DNA from: a virus
Length of the DNA stretch: 34,772 nucleotides
Virus record (IMG/VR): IMGVR_UViG_3300029775_000400
Strand: one strand, 5' to 3'
In this document: positions 10,001-18,383 of the stretch, piece after piece
How the letters are laid out: each line of letters starts with the position of its first letter
Position numbering within the stretch: the stretch's first letter is position 1
Made by a program: the position numbers and the translations under genes
The notes under the pieces: model-generated
Databases searched by the model: none
Seen by the model: only the letters and a program-made list of their open reading frames with translations
What the model was told of the DNA's origin: nothing

Positions 10001-12818
10001 TACCATTATTCCCATAGTAATGTTCATAGCCCTCATCGAGAATTTTGCCTATCTTATCTTTTGTATCCTCAAATTTACTAGTTATTTTGTCCAAGGTTTC
10101 AGAGTTAGATTCAATAGTTTTACTGTTGTTACCATAATAGTGTTCATAACCCTCATCAAGGATTTTAGTTATCTTGTTTTTGGTATCCTCAACCTTATTA
10201 ACTAACTCATCAAGGTTAAACCCTCGAATACGGCCTTCCTCATCATCAAGGAATGATCCAGTTTTACCGTAGTAATGATCGTAACCCTCATCAAGTATTT
10301 CACCTATTTTATCCTTAGTACTCTCAACTTTCTCGGTGATCTTGTCCAGGGTTTCAGAAGATGATTCTACGGTCTTATCATTATTCCCATAGTAATGTTC
10401 ATAGCCCTCATCAAGGATTTCACTTATCCTATTTTTTGCAGATGAAACCTTATTCACAAGATCATCAAGATTAAAACCCCTAATTGCACCCTCTTCATCA
10501 TCTAAGAAGGATCCCGTTTTACCGTAATAGTGTTCATAGCCCTTGTCTAATATTTCACCGATCTTGTCTTTTGCACCCTCAACATCCTCAGTTATCTTGT
10601 CCAATGTTTCAGAAGAAGTGTTCTCTACATTATTCGAGGTGCCATAATAATATTCATAGCCTTCATCCAGAAATCCATCCACTTTGTTAATAGACTCTTT
10701 AACTTTCCCAGTTACTTTATCTAAATTTTCAGAAGACTCAGAAGCTGACTCAGAACCACCGTAATAATGCTCATAACCTTCATCAAGTCCGGTTGATATG
10801 GCACCTTTTAATTCAGCCAATTTGGACTTTGTATTATCAACAAAGGAACCTATCCTAGCTTCAGCCTGATCAAGAATACTGAAATTCAAACTACCTTTCT
10901 CATCACCAAAAAGCATCTTCCAAACATTAGACTCTTTCAACTCACCCAATTTAGTTTTAGTTTTCTCAACAAAACTATTAACATCACCTTCAGCCTTCAA
11001 TTCGCCAGCTTCATCTGAAACAATCTCAAACTTAGTTTGAACAGTCTCTTTTACGGTTTTATCACCAAAGACTTTTTCATCCCATTCTTCAAGAGGATTT
11101 TTAATATCCCCAGTGCCTTTAAGCTCCTGGATTTTACTTATTAAACCTTGAACAGCATCTTTGATCTCAAGTAGTCCACCCCCTACCTTCTTAACAATAG
11201 GGATTGCTACTGCTAAACCTCCAACGATTAAACTAATTTTCCCGATAAGTTCATAATCCCAATCAGGTAAAGGAAAATTTATAATTTTATTCCATAATTT
11301 CTGTACTTCAGATCCAAGAGTTATTGTTTGGGCATTTGTTTGGCTCATTGCATCTGTTGTTTTGTTTGCAGAGTCTGTTGTGGCCTGTCCTGCATCCTGT
11401 GCACTTTCTTTAAGAAGGCCAAAGGTTAATGCTCCTCTACTTCCAAACAAATCTATTAAAGCTTCATTTTTACTTATTCCATAAGCTGCCTGAAATTGTG
11501 CATCCGTCATTGTAGAAGTTTTTTGAGTAACTTCATCCATAATGTCTGCAACGCTTCTAAAACTGCCATCTGCATTTTTGGCGTCAATATGCATTGCATC
11601 CAAGGCCACTTTTGCATTGGATTTTTCATAAGAAGTGGAGGTAAGCTGTTTTTGTAGGGATTTAGCACCAATGGTAAGAGCGCTTACAGCGGAACTTGCG
11701 CTTACTCCTACCTGGTCGAATGCACTTATATAATTTGTAATTTCTTCTGCATTGAACCCTACTGATTTTAAGGTTCTAAGTGACCCTGTCAATGCATTTA
11801 AGGCTTCTGTAGGAGTAGAAACTTTTAAATTCAAAAAAGCTTCATTTAAATAAGAAGTTACATCTGCAGCGTCTTGGCCGTGTAATCCATAAGTTGCTAT
11901 GATTGAACTAAGATCATACATTGCAGTATCTGTATCAATAGCTCCAGTTTTGATTAATTTAAAAGCAGCTGGTAATTCTGCAGCAACATCATCCGCATTT
12001 TTTAAACCCTTTGCTAAGATGTAAAAACCCTCTGATGATTCTTCAGTTGGCATGTAAGGAGCTAACTGAGCTAATGATGATCTTAATGCATTAACATTGG
12101 ATGTGGTAACTGGTACTCCTTCATAGTACAATGCTTTTTCTAAGGATCTTTCAGTTCCCATCCTTTTTGCTTCAACATCAACAGCAGCAATGGCTGATGT
12201 AATCCCAGTAATGGCTGCGGCAGCATTTGAACTTGAAGAAGCCGATTCATCTATACTGTCAGAATCTACTTCAGGAGTTACAGTTGTATCGTTCAGATCT
12301 TCAAGGTCTTCTCTTAGTTCATCAGCTTTTTCTAACGCGTCCCCCTGAAGATCTGCCTCTGGAGTGGCAACTTCACCATCTAGCTCGGTCATATCCTCTT
12401 TGAGGGTTTCCACGTTTTCTAACGCGTCTCCCCCTAAATTTGCTTCAGGGTTGGCTGTTTCACTATCTAAATCAGTCATGTCTGATTTGAGAGTTTCAAC
12501 ATCTTCCTGTGCATCTCCCTCAAGGTTTGCCTCAGGGTTTATTATTTCATTATCAATGCTCGTTAAGTCAGATTGAAGGGTTTCAACACTTTCTTGTGCA
12601 TTCCCTTCTAAATTTGCTTCAGGGTTGGACTCTTCATCATTTAAACGTGTTAAACTGTCAATTAAACTATTTACTTGGTCTAAGGCATCACCGGTTAAGT
12701 TTATATCAATATCTTGGGACTGTGGAAGGTCTACAAGTTGGTCGGCGATCTCGGTCAACCCATCTGTGATGTCATCAACATTCATTTCTGTGGTTATACC
12801 AAGGGTTTTATCTCCCAT
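7056..12818 (-). CDS. Tape measure protein (about 1920 aa)
   Basis: Longest ORF, downstream of the tail tube and chaperone genes. TP901-like core (KVALDAMHIDAKNADGSFRSVADIMDEV), Trp-spaced repeats, and twin HSPPKxGPL motifs. Start placed at MGDKT after GGAGTTG. Confidence 0.92.
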   Translation of the reverse strand: MGDKTLGITTEMNVDDITDGLTEIADQLVDLPQSQDIDINLTGDALDQVNSLIDSLTRLNDEESNPEANLEGNAQESVETLQSDLTSIDNEIINPEANLEGDAQEDVETLKSDMTDLDSETANPEANLGGDALENVETLKEDMTELDGEVATPEADLQGDALEKADELREDLEDLNDTTVTPEVDSDSIDESASSSSNAAAAITGITSAIAAVDVEAKRMGTERSLEKALYYEGVPVTTSNVNALRSSLAQLAPYMPTEESSEGFYILAKGLKNADDVAAELPAAFKLIKTGAIDTDTAMYDLSSIIATYGLHGQDAADVTSYLNEAFLNLKVSTPTEALNALTGSLRTLKSVGFNAEEITNYISAFDQVGVSASSAVSALTIGAKSLQKQLTSTSYEKSNAKVALDAMHIDAKNADGSFRSVADIMDEVTQKTSTMTDAQFQAAYGISKNEALIDLFGSRGALTFGLLKESAQDAGQATTDSANKTTDAMSQTNAQTITLGSEVQKLWNKIINFPLPDWDYELIGKISLIVGGLAVAIPIVKKVGGGLLEIKDAVQGLISKIQELKGTGDIKNPLEEWDEKVFGDKTVKETVQTKFEIVSDEAGELKAEGDVNSFVEKTKTKLGELKESNVWKMLFGDEKGSLNFSILDQAEARIGSFVDNTKSKLAELKGAISTGLDEGYEHYYGGSESASESSENLDKVTGKVKESINKVDGFLDEGYEYYYGTSNNVENTSSETLDKITEDVEGAKDKIGEILDKGYEHYYGKTGSFLDDEEGAIRGFNLDDLVNKVSSAKNRISEILDEGYEHYYGNNDKTVESSSETLDKITEKVESTKDKIGEILDEGYDHYYGKTGSFLDDEEGRIRGFNLDELVNKVEDTKNKITKILDEGYEHYYGNNSKTIESNSETLDKITSKFEDTKDKIGKILDEGYEHYYGNNGKAVESNSEILDKITGKFESTKDKIGEILDEGYDHYYGKTGSFLDDEEGRIQGVSWDDLVSKVSSAKDKITGVLDDGYEHYYGDNNKAVDSNSETLDKITEKFESTKNKVNEILDEGYEHYYGDNNKIESSSSETLTKLTSKVESTKEKITGILDDGYEHYYGDTKSFLDDEEGRVNTSLSDLSSRISSFISDTKAKLGELKDSDVWSKIFGDEKGTVTAAEGKVSGFVDDAKAKINELNGYDVYDRIFKDTGEGDTAYSKISGIIDNLKLKVGDLDGSNVYTRIFGSGTTTGTTPTVGSGTEEPKTIEMTKNSEGTYEPDWSGTGGSSSTGSGESIFDKIKGGIKGTLGKLPGGGEIVDTLLNGLYTSAKVGSGKAVGYSLGTTLFDMLNMGAADAGVFLGMDLPGNPLWNLENNQPLIDWDPINQMKKDIGNAGNKNVPGSLADQLNLPGWLKGQGIDLGSASLGGLGNLGSLVSNGSMSMGAVLGFNTPSAPDWDPINHLKTDLGNAGNKNIPGSLADQLNLPGWLKGHGVSLESSYKMPKISWSGLTSGLDGAKTTVQTKLGQLQQYVSSNVTSKLPKVNWSTIHQGLDGAKSTVQGKWGQLKQYVSSHAPNTKLNWTTIHQGLDTAKNTVQTKWGGLQQYVTQHTPKVKVPTWADVEKGLDPAKQWVQNEWNALKTYVESHVPKVPIPKWSDIEKGEHEAVQWVQNEWNKFMQWLGTLPGKMENYGGQIVHGLEEGILNGIPGLRSALSVIQGMTETHSPPKTGPLSNVSAGNWANWGNQLINGLSSGLSSGFGGLDVNLESITSKTSSFLASMQSTSSHLWSTGLSMINNLSGGITAGLPNLSSVFTRISNMFPHSPPKEGPLATIKAENMKSWAASLAQGGVAGLSRFTGYMDEMVQLPRLSNLSNPGLTKAINSSQVGQTVIYLTVQDGAVQVNGNADKNVVNQGGNLLGNSISSSLQKGAVTNGLKPTVILRR
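7840..8370 (-). repeat. Five Trp-containing repeats of about 36-39 aa in the TMP
   Basis: Units such as WSTIHQGLDGAKSTVQGKWGQLKQYV, WTTIHQGLDTAKNTVQTKWGGLQQYV and WADVEKGLDPAKQWVQNEWNALKTYV. Confidence 0.85.
8400..8745 (-). repeat. Duplicated block of about 42 aa in the TMP
   Basis: DWDPINQMKKDIGNAGNKNVPGSLADQLNLPGWLKGQG versus DWDPINHLKTDLGNAGNKNIPGSLADQLNLPGWLKGHG. Confidence 0.9.
9480..10790 (-). repeat. 11-copy LD[ED K]GY[ED][HY]YYG tandem array of 40-aa and 45-aa units in the TMP
   Basis: Read directly from the translation. DNA copies 9853-9952 and 10228-10327 are identical except for one position. Confidence 0.95.
12265..12715 (-). repeat. 29-aa acidic repeats (about 5 copies) at the TMP N-terminus
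   Basis: NPEANLEGNAQESVETLQSDLTSIDNEII, NPEANLEGDAQEDVETLKSDMTDLDSETA, NPEANLGGDALENVETLKEDMTELDGEVA, plus more degenerate copies. Confidence 0.9.
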
Positions 12819-12907
12819 TTCTTTCAACTCCATTGGGCTTTGATGAAAAAAAGTAAATAATAGAAATCATGAGAAAAAATAATAACTAAAAAGAGAGGAT
12901 CTTAAAA

Positions 12908-13312
12908 ATGAAAATAGGATATTTAGTGTGTACCAAATGCGGTAGCTACTATGAAATCCAACCACAAGACCATCCAGATGAATTCAGCGGGAAATGTGAA
13001 TGCGGTGGAAACATAAAATTTGTCAGATACAATGATTTTAATGATACTAACCGTAAAATTGGTGCAGGCTCTCCTTGGGAAATAAAAAGAAGAAGAGATA
13101 AAGGAGAGATAGTTGTGAATATAATTGCTGGGGGCATACCGTTTATATTAGGGTTATCCTGTTTTTATTTTGTATTTTGTGATTGGAAATCTCTTAATTA
13201 TGGTTATACAGAAGATATATTTTTTTTAATATTGTTAGGTATAGGCTTGTGCTTCATCGGTATTCTTGGGATGTTTGGTGGTTTTGTACCTAAAAAGGAT
13301 AGAGGTAGTTAA
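12908..13312 (+). CDS. Membrane protein with N-terminal Zn-ribbon (GYLVCTKCG...KCECGG) and 2 TM segments
   Basis: CxxC...CxC motif followed by two hydrophobic stretches. Confidence 0.8.
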   Translation: MKIGYLVCTKCGSYYEIQPQDHPDEFSGKCECGGNIKFVRYNDFNDTNRKIGAGSPWEIKRRRDKGEIVVNIIAGGIPFILGLSCFYFVFCDWKSLNYGYTEDIFFLILLGIGLCFIGILGMFGGFVPKKDRGS

Positions 13313-13909
13313 ATGAAATTAATGAAATATGTTTTTTTAATTGTTGTTTTAGCGTTGGTGGCTTTTTTTATGTTTGGATCCTCTTCAACGGCATATAATA
13401 ACCAGTATTATTCATTTAATTATCCTAATAATTGGACTAAGGAAACTGACACAAATAATTCATATGAAACTACTTCTGTATTAGTCCCAAATTATTCTAA
13501 CTTGGAACATCAAGTTAATATTGCCATAAGTGGTCCAGAAAATGAATCTATTGATTACAATTTGAACAGTTCTCGTGACTTATTTATGTCTACCAATAGC
13601 AAAGTTTTCCCAAATGAATCATATTTTGAGGATAAAGATCTAGTCAGTGACCCTGAATTCAAAGTATTGATAAACAAAACAATCAGAGTGAATGGCATGA
13701 ATGGTTTTGATGTGGCTACTTATGATGCATCCCCTTGGTATTTGAATTCCCCTCATGAAGTTGTAGAAGAAGTCATGTTACAGAAGGGAACTAAAGTTTA
13801 TACATTAAGGTTAACATGTTCTCCTATGGCCATAACCCAAGATCCTAATATATTCAATACCACCCACAAAGAGTTTGAAAGTGTTGTAACCAGCTTTAAA
13901 GGAAAATAA
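13313..13909 (+). CDS. Membrane-anchored/secreted PsbP-like protein
   Basis: Hydrophobic N-terminus; YSFNYPNNW and TIRVNGMNGF motifs typical of PsbP/DcrB-like folds. Confidence 0.6.
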   Translation: MKLMKYVFLIVVLALVAFFMFGSSSTAYNNQYYSFNYPNNWTKETDTNNSYETTSVLVPNYSNLEHQVNIAISGPENESIDYNLNSSRDLFMSTNSKVFPNESYFEDKDLVSDPEFKVLINKTIRVNGMNGFDVATYDASPWYLNSPHEVVEEVMLQKGTKVYTLRLTCSPMAITQDPNIFNTTHKEFESVVTSFKGK

Positions 13910-14020
13910 CTTTTAAATTTCATTCTTTGCGTTTCTCTAATTTTTTGGATTTAGAAAGAAATAGAAAGAAATATACATAATTTGATAAGATTAATTCATA
14001 AAGTACGGGGAGGTGATTAA

Positions 14021-14770
14021 GTGGGTTATTTGAAGTGTGATAAGTGTGGTGGTTCCTATGAACTACAAGAAGGGGAATCTCCTGAGGATTTTAGTGATAA
14101 ATGTGAGTGTGGTGGAACTTTAAGATATGTTGAAAATCTTGATACAAATTTTAGTGATGAATTGCCTAAAAAGAAGATTACTAAGAAATCTTTAGCTGTG
14201 ATTGGTTGTTCTGTTTTTGTTTTGATTCTTGTTGGAGCTTTTATTATTTATCCGGCTTATGCTTCTGCTATGTATAATTATCATTTTGGTGAAGCTAATA
14301 AAGATATTAGTAATGCTAAAGCTGCTTCTTCACAGGTGGATGCGTTGAATAAACCTTTAGATTCTGATATTCAGTCAACAGAAGAAAGTCAGAATTATAC
14401 TGAAAAAGCCATTAAGGAATTTCAATCTATGTCTTATTATGCTCCTGACAAACCTTCTAAGGAATATGCAGATCTACGTTCCAAACAGTTCCAAGAGGTT
14501 GATCAATGGGATAACATCTCTATACGGACTTTCCAAAATATGCAATCAAGTGGAACTTTGGCAGTGGCTTTAACTTTCCAGTCAACATCTGCACCACAAA
14601 TATACTCAATTCAAACAGATATCACAAGTTATCAGGATCAAATCGTCCAGCTTGTTGAAAGTAATCCTAACTTAAAACAACGCAGAATTGATGTGTTAGG
14701 GGAAGATACTGCTAGTAAACTGGGAACATATAATTTTAATGATAGTTCCAACTCAGTTTACTTTGCTTGA
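14021..14770 (+). CDS. Zn-ribbon (GYLKCDKCG...KCECGG), TM and helical ectodomain membrane protein
   Basis: GGGAGGTGA RBS and GTG start; N-terminal domain paralogous to that of 12908..13312. Confidence 0.82.
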   Translation: MGYLKCDKCGGSYELQEGESPEDFSDKCECGGTLRYVENLDTNFSDELPKKKITKKSLAVIGCSVFVLILVGAFIIYPAYASAMYNYHFGEANKDISNAKAASSQVDALNKPLDSDIQSTEESQNYTEKAIKEFQSMSYYAPDKPSKEYADLRSKQFQEVDQWDNISIRTFQNMQSSGTLAVALTFQSTSAPQIYSIQTDITSYQDQIVQLVESNPNLKQRRIDVLGEDTASKLGTYNFNDSSNSVYFA

Positions 14771-15049
14771 ATCCTCACATATTTTGCTTTTTTTCATTTT
14801 TGCCCTTAAATCCCTTTTTAGTTTGTTGTTCTTCTCTTTAATTCGTTTAACTTCCGCTTCAGCCTCTTCTGGGTCTAGTTCATGTTTTTCTGGTGGTTGT
14901 TGTGATTGTATTATGTCATTTATTGTTGTGAGTTCTAGTTCCCAGGTGTATTCTAGTGTCCATCCTGAGTTGTAGGCTATTCCTGCGATTAGTTGGCGGA
15001 AGTTTTGGATGTCCTCTTGGAGGCTTATTTCTTTTTTCTTCCCTTTTTT
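14753..15049 (-). CDS. -1 frameshift extension of the chaperone (gpT-like), giving a fusion of about 259 aa
   Basis: The -1 frame reads [47 protein letters not shown]... to TGA at 14753. No start codon near its 5' end, and a TGA closes the frame six codons upstream of the slip site. Confidence 0.8.
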   Translation of the reverse strand, partial: KKGKKKEISLQEDIQNFRQLIAGIAYNSGWTLEYTWELELTTINDIIQSQQPPEKHELDPEEAEAEVKRIKEKNNKLKRDLRAKMKKSKICEDSSKVN

Positions 15050-15531
15050 CCTGCTTTCCCCTTCACATCACCTTTGAAGTCTGGATTATCTGATGATATT
15101 TTTGCCATGACTTGATGGATCCGTGTAATGTCTACCTCGTCAACTTCTATGTCTGGTTTTTTGTCTATCTCTCCAGTATTCAAACCAGGATAATAGAAAC
15201 GTTTGATCCCTCTTTGAGCAAGTATGTAAACAATTTTTTGCATATCTGCTTTTATATCAATCATTTCATTCTGTAATTTATTCAGTTCTTTTAATTCATC
15301 TTTTGACCAGTCGGAATCAGTTGTATCCTCTGTTTTATTTGTAGTTAACCTATTCAGTTTTATTGATAGTTCGCTGACTCTTGTACCTATTTTTTCGAGT
15401 GTGCGAACGTGAGCATAATCATTGCCTCGGTAGCCTTTTATTTCGACTTTATTTCCGTTAATATCGAGTGTTTCGGTTCTGTATAGTTTTGGAATTTCAA
15501 TTTCAGTGTTCATTTTTAAATCAAACTCCAT
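15025..15531 (-). CDS. Tail assembly chaperone (gpG-like)
   Basis: Lies between tail tube and TMP; ends in a Lys-rich run containing two A_AAA_AAG slippery heptamers. Confidence 0.78.
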   Translation of the reverse strand: MEFDLKMNTEIEIPKLYRTETLDINGNKVEIKGYRGNDYAHVRTLEKIGTRVSELSIKLNRLTTNKTEDTTDSDWSKDELKELNKLQNEMIDIKADMQKIVYILAQRGIKRFYYPGLNTGEIDKKPDIEVDEVDITRIHQVMAKISSDNPDFKGDVKGKAGKKGRKKK

Positions 15532-15583
15532 ATAAAAGTTTTTTTTAATCTTAAAAAAAAATTAGAAAAAATAGTAAAGTAAT

Positions 15584-16360
15584 TTAATTTTCTTTAGGTA
15601 GTAATAAGAGCGGTTTTTTCTGTACTGACATGTCTAAGGCGTAGGTTGCGTTGTCGTTTGCTTTTCCACCGGGGATTATTGGGCTTAATCTGCACTGTTT
15701 GAAGTAGAAGCGGCCTAATACTTCATCATCTAATTCAAATGGAATGTATCCGTAGAGGACTTTTGGTTTTGGCACCATTTCATGGACATCGTAACCTGTT
15801 TGAACAGTTAGACCTACATCTGGAGTGTAAGGGTCGTACATGAGTTTCTGGATCTGTTTGATACTGTCATTACCCATGACTTGATTTGATTTGATTTGAA
15901 CATCGATCGTACCGTACCCATACATCTGATCAGTACTTCTTAGACGTCCAACTGTTTTGGTTGTCTGTTTAACGGTTGGTGTTACGTCCTGGGCTACGAA
16001 GGGTTCTAATTCTTCAACGTAATTTCCAACTATGCTGTCTGCACTGGCAGCGGCGGGTGCGGTGTCAAGTTCTATTGCTCCATCGATTGAGTCGCCGGTG
16101 GCGGCGTCTATTACTTCATCTATCTTGGAAACTGTTAATTTAGTGTTAACATTAGTTTTTACTCCGTAAACGTCCACGTCCTGAGGCTGAGCAATTATTC
16201 CCAGGCAACTTCTAGGAAATAGTGGGGGGTTTGCGAAAGTAAATTTTTTGTTGGTTCCGTCAATGGTACCGGTTAGGGCTTCTAGGGCATGTGGTACACC
16301 GAGTACAAAACCAACACTGTCATTCATTAAAATTGTTTCCAGGCTTATATCTTCATACAT
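15584..16360 (-). CDS. Major tail tube protein
   Basis: 258 aa at the expected position; beta-rich, with GKANDNATYALDMSV at the C-terminus. Confidence 0.65.
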   Translation of the reverse strand: MYEDISLETILMNDSVGFVLGVPHALEALTGTIDGTNKKFTFANPPLFPRSCLGIIAQPQDVDVYGVKTNVNTKLTVSKIDEVIDAATGDSIDGAIELDTAPAAASADSIVGNYVEELEPFVAQDVTPTVKQTTKTVGRLRSTDQMYGYGTIDVQIKSNQVMGNDSIKQIQKLMYDPYTPDVGLTVQTGYDVHEMVPKPKVLYGYIPFELDDEVLGRFYFKQCRLSPIIPGGKANDNATYALDMSVQKKPLLLLPKEN

Positions 16361-16363
16361 TTT

Positions 16364-16573
16364 TTATTCACTCTCCTTCTTTTCTTTTTCCTTTTTAGGT
16401 AACTCCTTTTTAGGATTTTCCAGTTCAGCAACCTTTTTTAGTGCATCTTCAATATCAAAGCCCTGGATTAAAGGGCCGTGACTGCAAATATAGTTCTTTG
16501 CGGTTTCAAAGTCTTTATTCTCACAATAACGTTTAATAGTCCTGTTTAATTCTGTTTTTGTCATTTTAGACAA
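16364..16573 (-). CDS. Small hypothetical protein
   Basis: GGAGGTG RBS and TTG start; fills the gap in the operon. Confidence 0.6.
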   Translation of the reverse strand: MSKMTKTELNRTIKRYCENKDFETAKNYICSHGPLIQGFDIEDALKKVAELENPKKELPKKEKEKKESE

Positions 16574-16644
16574 GATTAACACCTCCTAATGATTCATAGC
16601 CCAAGCTAGGGGGATCTAAAATTCTAAAAAAAATCTAAAAAGTT

Positions 16645-17115
16645 TTAACCATTCTTAGAGTAAATCCAAGGTCCTTTATATTGGAAGTCCAGGCGTGAAA
16701 GGTAATAGATCACACTGTTAACTTCCATGAGAAGACGCCTATCCGAGGTAAGGTAAACTGGATTAATTACGCCGGGTATTTTACCACTCAATCGGTTGTC
16801 TTTAAGCAGATTTCCAAATACAACATCTGGTACAACGCTGTTCCGGTCCTCTGCATCTTCAATTGTTTTGGCATCCTCATCATAACGTCTAAATAAGAAG
16901 GTTATGGATCCGCCCGCGGTAACAAGGTTTACTTTATTTCTCATGCTTTTGTTTAAAGCGCCCTGTTGGCATGGCTCTTGAAGGGTGACAATTGCGTTGC
17001 GGTCTTCAAGGTCTTCAAATGGACCAACTGCAGTAATATCAACTCCGGCACTGCCCTTGTAGGTTGCCTTTACTTTTAACCAATCACAGATTATCTGTTC
17101 CAGTTCATCAATCAT
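16645..17115 (-). CDS. Putative tail terminator protein
   Basis: Position after the neck genes; alpha/beta pattern with LLKDNRLSG. Confidence 0.5.
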   Translation of the reverse strand: MIDELEQIICDWLKVKATYKGSAGVDITAVGPFEDLEDRNAIVTLQEPCQQGALNKSMRNKVNLVTAGGSITFLFRRYDEDAKTIEDAEDRNSVVPDVVFGNLLKDNRLSGKIPGVINPVYLTSDRRLLMEVNSVIYYLSRLDFQYKGPWIYSKNG

Positions 17116-17546
17116 AAGTCAACCACCCAATCACCTAATTCACTTATAGGTTCATCAACTGCAGCATCTGTATCATCCATGGCCTCTTGTACATAATCAT
17201 TTGGAGCTGTTCCTGGATGATGAACCAGCATAACTGGATGGTCCGCACCTGGCCAGTAAAGGGCCTTAGCCTCAACTGGCTGTATTATGTGTGGTTCTGT
17301 TCCTTCAATAATCCAACGGGCGTGGTCGCTGTCTGGCCATGCACAACCTGTTAAACCAGAAGCTTCAACTAGTGTTTCATCCCTGTTCTGGCCGGTTCGG
17401 ACTGGAGATAAGACTTCCTCTGCTGATGCGTGGATATTAGAAATAGTTAGAACTGTGTCTGCGGCCTTGTCGGGTAGTTCCTCTTCCTTGGCTTTTATGG
17501 AGCTTTCAAGGTCATTTTTTTCAATGTTCAATCTTATAAATCCCAT
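17112..17546 (-). CDS. HK97 gp10-like neck/tail completion protein
   Basis: SPVRTGQNRD...HARWIIEGTEPHIIQP...VHHPGTAPNDYVQEAM; start after CAGGTG. Confidence 0.72.
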   Translation of the reverse strand: MGFIRLNIEKNDLESSIKAKEEELPDKAADTVLTISNIHASAEEVLSPVRTGQNRDETLVEASGLTGCAWPDSDHARWIIEGTEPHIIQPVEAKALYWPGADHPVMLVHHPGTAPNDYVQEAMDDTDAAVDEPISELGDWVVDL

Positions 17547-17560
17547 AAGAAAACACCTGC

Positions 17561-17941
17561 TCACTCGGTTTTTAATTGTACAGCTATGTAAACGTGTTTT
17601 GGCATTGGTTTTAACATCTTCCAAGTATATGTCAAACCGTTTCCATAATCCACTTTCAAGGTGCTGTCTTTATTCAGGTTAGCGGCATCTTTTAACATGA
17701 AGTGTGCCGCTGCATCACCCTGTTGTAAGACTGCATTGTTCACGAGGCTTTCAGTTCCATCCATGATATGCAGCATACAACGAAGATTTAAAACTGTTTC
17801 AGTGAATACTGGTTTATTTTTACTATCACGGACTTTATCACCGTTTTTATCCAGTTCTGGGGTTCGGTAAACAACTGTTACATCTGTACCGTAACGGGCC
17901 ACAAGTTGTTCAAAGTCATGAATTGCCTTTGTTAGAACCAT
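17561..17941 (-). CDS. Putative head-closure protein
   Basis: Position and beta-barrel-like pattern. Confidence 0.5.
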   Translation of the reverse strand: MVLTKAIHDFEQLVARYGTDVTVVYRTPELDKNGDKVRDSKNKPVFTETVLNLRCMLHIMDGTESLVNNAVLQQGDAAAHFMLKDAANLNKDSTLKVDYGNGLTYTWKMLKPMPKHVYIAVQLKTE

Positions 17942-18360
17942 CTTGGACTCCACCCTGGTGTGGCCGTTATATCTGGATCAGAACCTATCACGTTTGGTGT
18001 GATAAAGGCTCTGTGATATTTGGCCTGTTCTTCATAGCTTTTTCTTTCGCTGTTTTCGGTGGTTGCATCGTTGGTTTTGGTGTATGTTACCTGGAAATCT
18101 CCATCTTTTACCATGACTGGGTCTGTGGTTGAGGGTATAAGGTCCTGTGATTGCATCCATGAAAGAACTGCAAATGCTACAGCTTTTCTGGCGTGGCGGT
18201 CTGTGCTGGTTACATTGGGATTAACTGTTGTTAGTATTTCCTCTGATTCATCTGATATGTGCCATGCTATATCATCCGCATGGGCGTCCATGATAGTTTG
18301 ATCCACGTGTCCCTCTTCTTGGACATCTATTGGTTTGCAAAGGTCGTAATCTTCCGCCAT
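17932..18360 (-). CDS. Putative head-tail adaptor/connector
   Basis: Helical N-terminus, then VKDGDFQVTY, typical of gp6/gp15-like adaptors. Confidence 0.55.
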   Translation of the reverse strand: MAEDYDLCKPIDVQEEGHVDQTIMDAHADDIAWHISDESEEILTTVNPNVTSTDRHARKAVAFAVLSWMQSQDLIPSTTDPVMVKDGDFQVTYTKTNDATTENSERKSYEEQAKYHRAFITPNVIGSDPDITATPGWSPRWF

Positions 18361-18383
18361 CAAACACATCTCCAAGAAAGTTT

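Noticed and set aside
9480-10790. Regularly spaced repeats of about 30 bp as a CRISPR array
   Set aside because: The spacers are themselves repeated, are 90-105 bp long, and preserve the TMP reading frame; no cas genes are present.
15049-15065. Lambda-type GGGAAAG slippery site
   Set aside because: It occurs as GGG AAA G, out of phase for -1 slippage; the A_AAA_AAG sites are in phase.
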